From a bacterium (lineage in GTDB: Bacteria; Hinthialibacterota; Hinthialibacteria; Hinthialibacterales; Hinthialibacteraceae): a stretch of 64,000 bases of DNA. Shown piece by piece: positions 61,089 through 64,000 of the stretch. The translations under genes were made by a program, and so were the position numbers. Location of the stretch: positions 224,001 to 288,000 of the forward strand of contig CAXXMV010000008.1 of assembly GCA_963662285.2 (NCBI GenBank), given 5' to 3'. Position 1 is the first letter of the stretch. Every line of letters starts with the position of its first letter. Below the pieces are notes generated by a model. It searched no databases, had not been told where the DNA came from, and worked only from the letters and a program-made list of their open reading frames with translations.

Positions 61089-62330
61089 CTAATCTTGTTT
61101 AACCAGTTTGTAATGATAATATTTCTGATTGCAAGCTGGTTCTCCGTCAGAACCGGCGTTGGCCACCCATGCTTCAAGAGTAGCAGGATGGAAAACGGCG
61201 TTATGAAGATTGCCTTTCATTGATACAGGCCGCTTGATCATCTCAATCATGACCTTCTCATCAACCTTGCCATATTGCTTCAGTAATCTTTCAGCAAAAG
61301 CCTTATAGCGGTCGTCTCCAGATATGATGACGCTATCATCCGGCTGAATATTTAGAAATCCCATATCCTTGCCTTTGCTGGATTTAATAGAAACCTGCAC
61401 TGGAGAATTGGTTATCTCGAAATCTTTAACTATTGTCCGGTTGCCTCCGCTGTCGCCTTCAGGCGGTAGTGGAATATCGAACATGCCATAGTTCTCTCCC
61501 GGCTTTATGAAATGAATCTGCTGAGGCGTGGCGTAAACTCCTCTGGCATCGGGAATCTTGGCGTCAGAGATAACATAGTAATATTCACAGGTGCGGGGAG
61601 TATCGCTGAATATACTCAGCGCCTCTTTGAGGGTTGATGCGCGTTCCAGGGCGTCACGGATCAGAAGAGCCATCGGCATTCCATCCCAGTGCCCCTGGCC
61701 GCCGCCGCCCATTTCTCCGATGCCAATCTGTTTTTCATTCATGCCCGTGATGCTTCCAATGAATCCTGCGTAAGTAACATTCATAAATGCGTTCATGCCA
61801 TCCGGTTCAACCATCATCACAACGGCATGATCCTGAAGACCAGCCTCGGTCATATAATCCAATAGCCGTGCATGATAAAGCGAACCGTCATGAGTGGCTT
61901 TGCCCATCAAAGCAATGCCGCTGCAATGGAAGGCTGCAGGAAACAGATTGCCTGCCAGGACTTGTTCAAACTCCATTCCAGAGCCTTCAGCTACACCTTT
62001 CAACTCTTCAAGAAATCGTTCAGGGATATGCGGTTTCAGTTTGTTGTGCATCCCACCGCGAAGCATTTTGTAAAGCACATACTCCTTAGATTTCCCCATT
62101 TCGCCTTGATTATCGATAATATTAAGCAGATTGCTTTTAATCAGATCAGCCATCAATTTGCCATGCTGGAAGCCAAGTTCGTAGGGCGAGCCTTTTAAGT
62201 GAAGAACCAGTTGACCTTCAACCCGCTCCAAATAACCTTTGCCTTCGCGTCCGACAATCTCTCCCCAAGACGGAGTGATAATCAAAACCAGAAGAAAAAT
62301 AACAATTAATTGTTTGTACATTCGCTTCAT
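61089..62330 (-). CDS. Secreted C45-family (Ntn-hydrolase) peptidase/acyltransferase
   Basis: LHLKGSPYELGFQHG; H|CSG autoproteolytic Cys; HARLLDY; TGMNE; start MKRMYK at 62330. Confidence 0.85.
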   Translation of the reverse strand: MKRMYKQLIVIFLLVLIITPSWGEIVGREGKGYLERVEGQLVLHLKGSPYELGFQHGKLMADLIKSNLLNIIDNQGEMGKSKEYVLYKMLRGGMHNKLKPHIPERFLEELKGVAEGSGMEFEQVLAGNLFPAAFHCSGIALMGKATHDGSLYHARLLDYMTEAGLQDHAVVMMVEPDGMNAFMNVTYAGFIGSITGMNEKQIGIGEMGGGGQGHWDGMPMALLIRDALERASTLKEALSIFSDTPRTCEYYYVISDAKIPDARGVYATPQQIHFIKPGENYGMFDIPLPPEGDSGGNRTIVKDFEITNSPVQVSIKSSKGKDMGFLNIQPDDSVIISGDDRYKAFAERLLKQYGKVDEKVMIEMIKRPVSMKGNLHNAVFHPATLEAWVANAGSDGEPACNQKYYHYKLVKQD

Positions 62331-62436
62331 AATGTATTTGACCTCATTTACGGATAAAATAAGTGGGGCCTGTTGGCCCCACACATAAATCATACAATAT
62401 TATAAACGTTTGGATAGAGAATATTGTGTAAAAAGT

Positions 62437-63879
62437 TTATTGCATCATCCAATCGGCTACAGCGCTTTCCAGACCTTGCGATCCCATATACACGCCATTT
62501 TTACCCGCTGTCGCTACCGGAGAACCAGGCTGAAGAGTAAAATCACCGTTATCTGCATCTACATATAGCGGATCAACATTGAGAATATCGCTGGCCGTAA
62601 TGAATTCGGCGTCAGGTAAATACTGGTCGCCGTCAACAAAAATATCGCAGAATTCAAGTTTGATATCAGCCAAAGGACCGGCATTATTATAAATACCATC
62701 AATATCCGCGATAATGCAGTTAGTCATAGTCAAATCAATAACGTCTTTTGGATCCGTCACTGTCTCAATAGCAGTTCCAATCTGTGAATTATATATATCG
62801 CAATGATCGAATACAGCAGTAGTTAGACGGCCTGTTTCGGTCTTAAAGAAAACATTGGCGCCTGAATTTCCGGTGATGATTGTGTTCTTGACAGTCAATG
62901 TTCCATGTTCGATGTTGATGCCATTGTGGCTGGCATCCATTCCATTATAAGCAATAAAACAGTCTTCAATGGTAACAACCGGATTGCCTTCAGCTTCATC
63001 TTCTTCGCTCGCAGCATTGCTGATTTCGACGCCGTGTTCACCGTTGGCTACGATATTGCAATTTTTAACCGTCACGCCATCATCTGATGCATCTACAGCG
63101 GTTCCTAAATTATCATGAAAATCACAATCACTAATGGTGGCAATACCATCGTCCATGTTGATGCAGGTGCCGTTATTGAAGAATTCACATCCGATAACAG
63201 TTGCTTCCGGTGAGGGGGCGGGCATACCCAGTTGTTGTAAGAAATTAGCGTTTCCATAGGGAAACTTCAAATCATGAAAAGTACAATTCTCCACCAACAA
63301 GTTGGTTGCTACGCCGCCTTCACCTGCCATAATCGCAATACCGTCTAATGGAGTAACCGCCAATCCAACTTCATCTCCGGCTAGATCGACGCCCAAACCT
63401 TCAAATTCGCAGTTTCTAATGGTCACATTGCTGCTGAGAACTGTCACTGTGGAGTTGATGTCATAATTATTGAGTTCACCGCTGATTTGAGTGAATTTAA
63501 TGCCTTCAATAACGACGTTATCGCCATAAATAATAAATCCCATTCGATCCGCCGCACCGAAATCGGCGCCCAGTGCGCCTAGTCCACCCAGACGATTGGC
63601 TTCCTGGGGAATTTTGATTTCCACTGCTGCGCCAACAGCCGCTTTCAATGTGATGTCGTCTTTTCTGTTGCCCGGCGCATTAAGATCGCCGATGTTTATA
63701 TCCTGCTCATAAGTTCCTGCGGAAATAATAACTGTATCGCCCGGAACTGCTGCATCGAGCGCCGCCTGAATGCTGTCTCCTGAATTAACTGTAATGTCAG
63801 CGCTATAGGCCGATCCGCATATAAGCAACCCGAATAATGCCATCCCCATCCATAAGTGTAAACAAATTTTCTTTCCCAT
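62437..63879 (-). CDS. Secreted right-handed parallel beta-helix protein with C-terminal WMMQ tail
   Basis: Signal peptide; SIQAALDAA.PGDTV.I.AGTY; beta-helix repeats; DPLYVD..NGDFTLQPGSP; ends SAVADWMMQ. Confidence 0.88.
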   Translation of the reverse strand: MGKKICLHLWMGMALFGLLICGSAYSADITVNSGDSIQAALDAAVPGDTVIISAGTYEQDINIGDLNAPGNRKDDITLKAAVGAAVEIKIPQEANRLGGLGALGADFGAADRMGFIIYGDNVVIEGIKFTQISGELNNYDINSTVTVLSSNVTIRNCEFEGLGVDLAGDEVGLAVTPLDGIAIMAGEGGVATNLLVENCTFHDLKFPYGNANFLQQLGMPAPSPEATVIGCEFFNNGTCINMDDGIATISDCDFHDNLGTAVDASDDGVTVKNCNIVANGEHGVEISNAASEEDEAEGNPVVTIEDCFIAYNGMDASHNGINIEHGTLTVKNTIITGNSGANVFFKTETGRLTTAVFDHCDIYNSQIGTAIETVTDPKDVIDLTMTNCIIADIDGIYNNAGPLADIKLEFCDIFVDGDQYLPDAEFITASDILNVDPLYVDADNGDFTLQPGSPVATAGKNGVYMGSQGLESAVADWMMQ

Positions 63880-64000
63880 TGCTCAATTCTCCTTAATTAA
63901 TGATTTTAACAAATGGTAATCATGCTTAATCTATTGAATCGCATAAATCTTATATCTCATATATAATGAATAGTATACAGATGTCAACAGTATATTGTAA

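Overview
64-kb bacterial chromosomal window from a diderm lineage with moderate GC and AT-rich intergenic DNA. Gene style (stand-alone pilin-like genes, DUF1080, FGE-sulfatase and Tat proteins) suggests an uncultured Sumerlaeota/Hinthialibacterota/PVC-like organism; this is inference only. It carries ligA, hflX, an L-rhamnose cluster (AraC regulator, rhaA, NCS1-type transporter, unannotated 58-aa membrane protein, rhaB), a defence block (Type III Mod/Res, Type II MTase/REase), three toxin-antitoxin pairs, an NtrC-type regulator, a sugar kinase/pyrophosphorylase pair and many secreted proteins. One 2.3-kb IS (12-bp IRs, 5-bp AATTT target duplication, A9 -1 frameshift) splits a secreted double FGE-sulfatase gene. 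At least five families of REP/REPIN-like palindromes bracket accessory genes. The most notable observation is that four unrelated signal-peptide-bearing proteins, plus one gene remnant, end in the same short motif, [ST]-x-[VAS]-x-x-W-x-[LM]-[YFQ]-x(0-1)-stop. It is a candidate C-terminal sorting/export signal that co-occurs with dispersed type II/IV pilin-like paralogues. No rRNA, tRNA or CRISPR array was seen.
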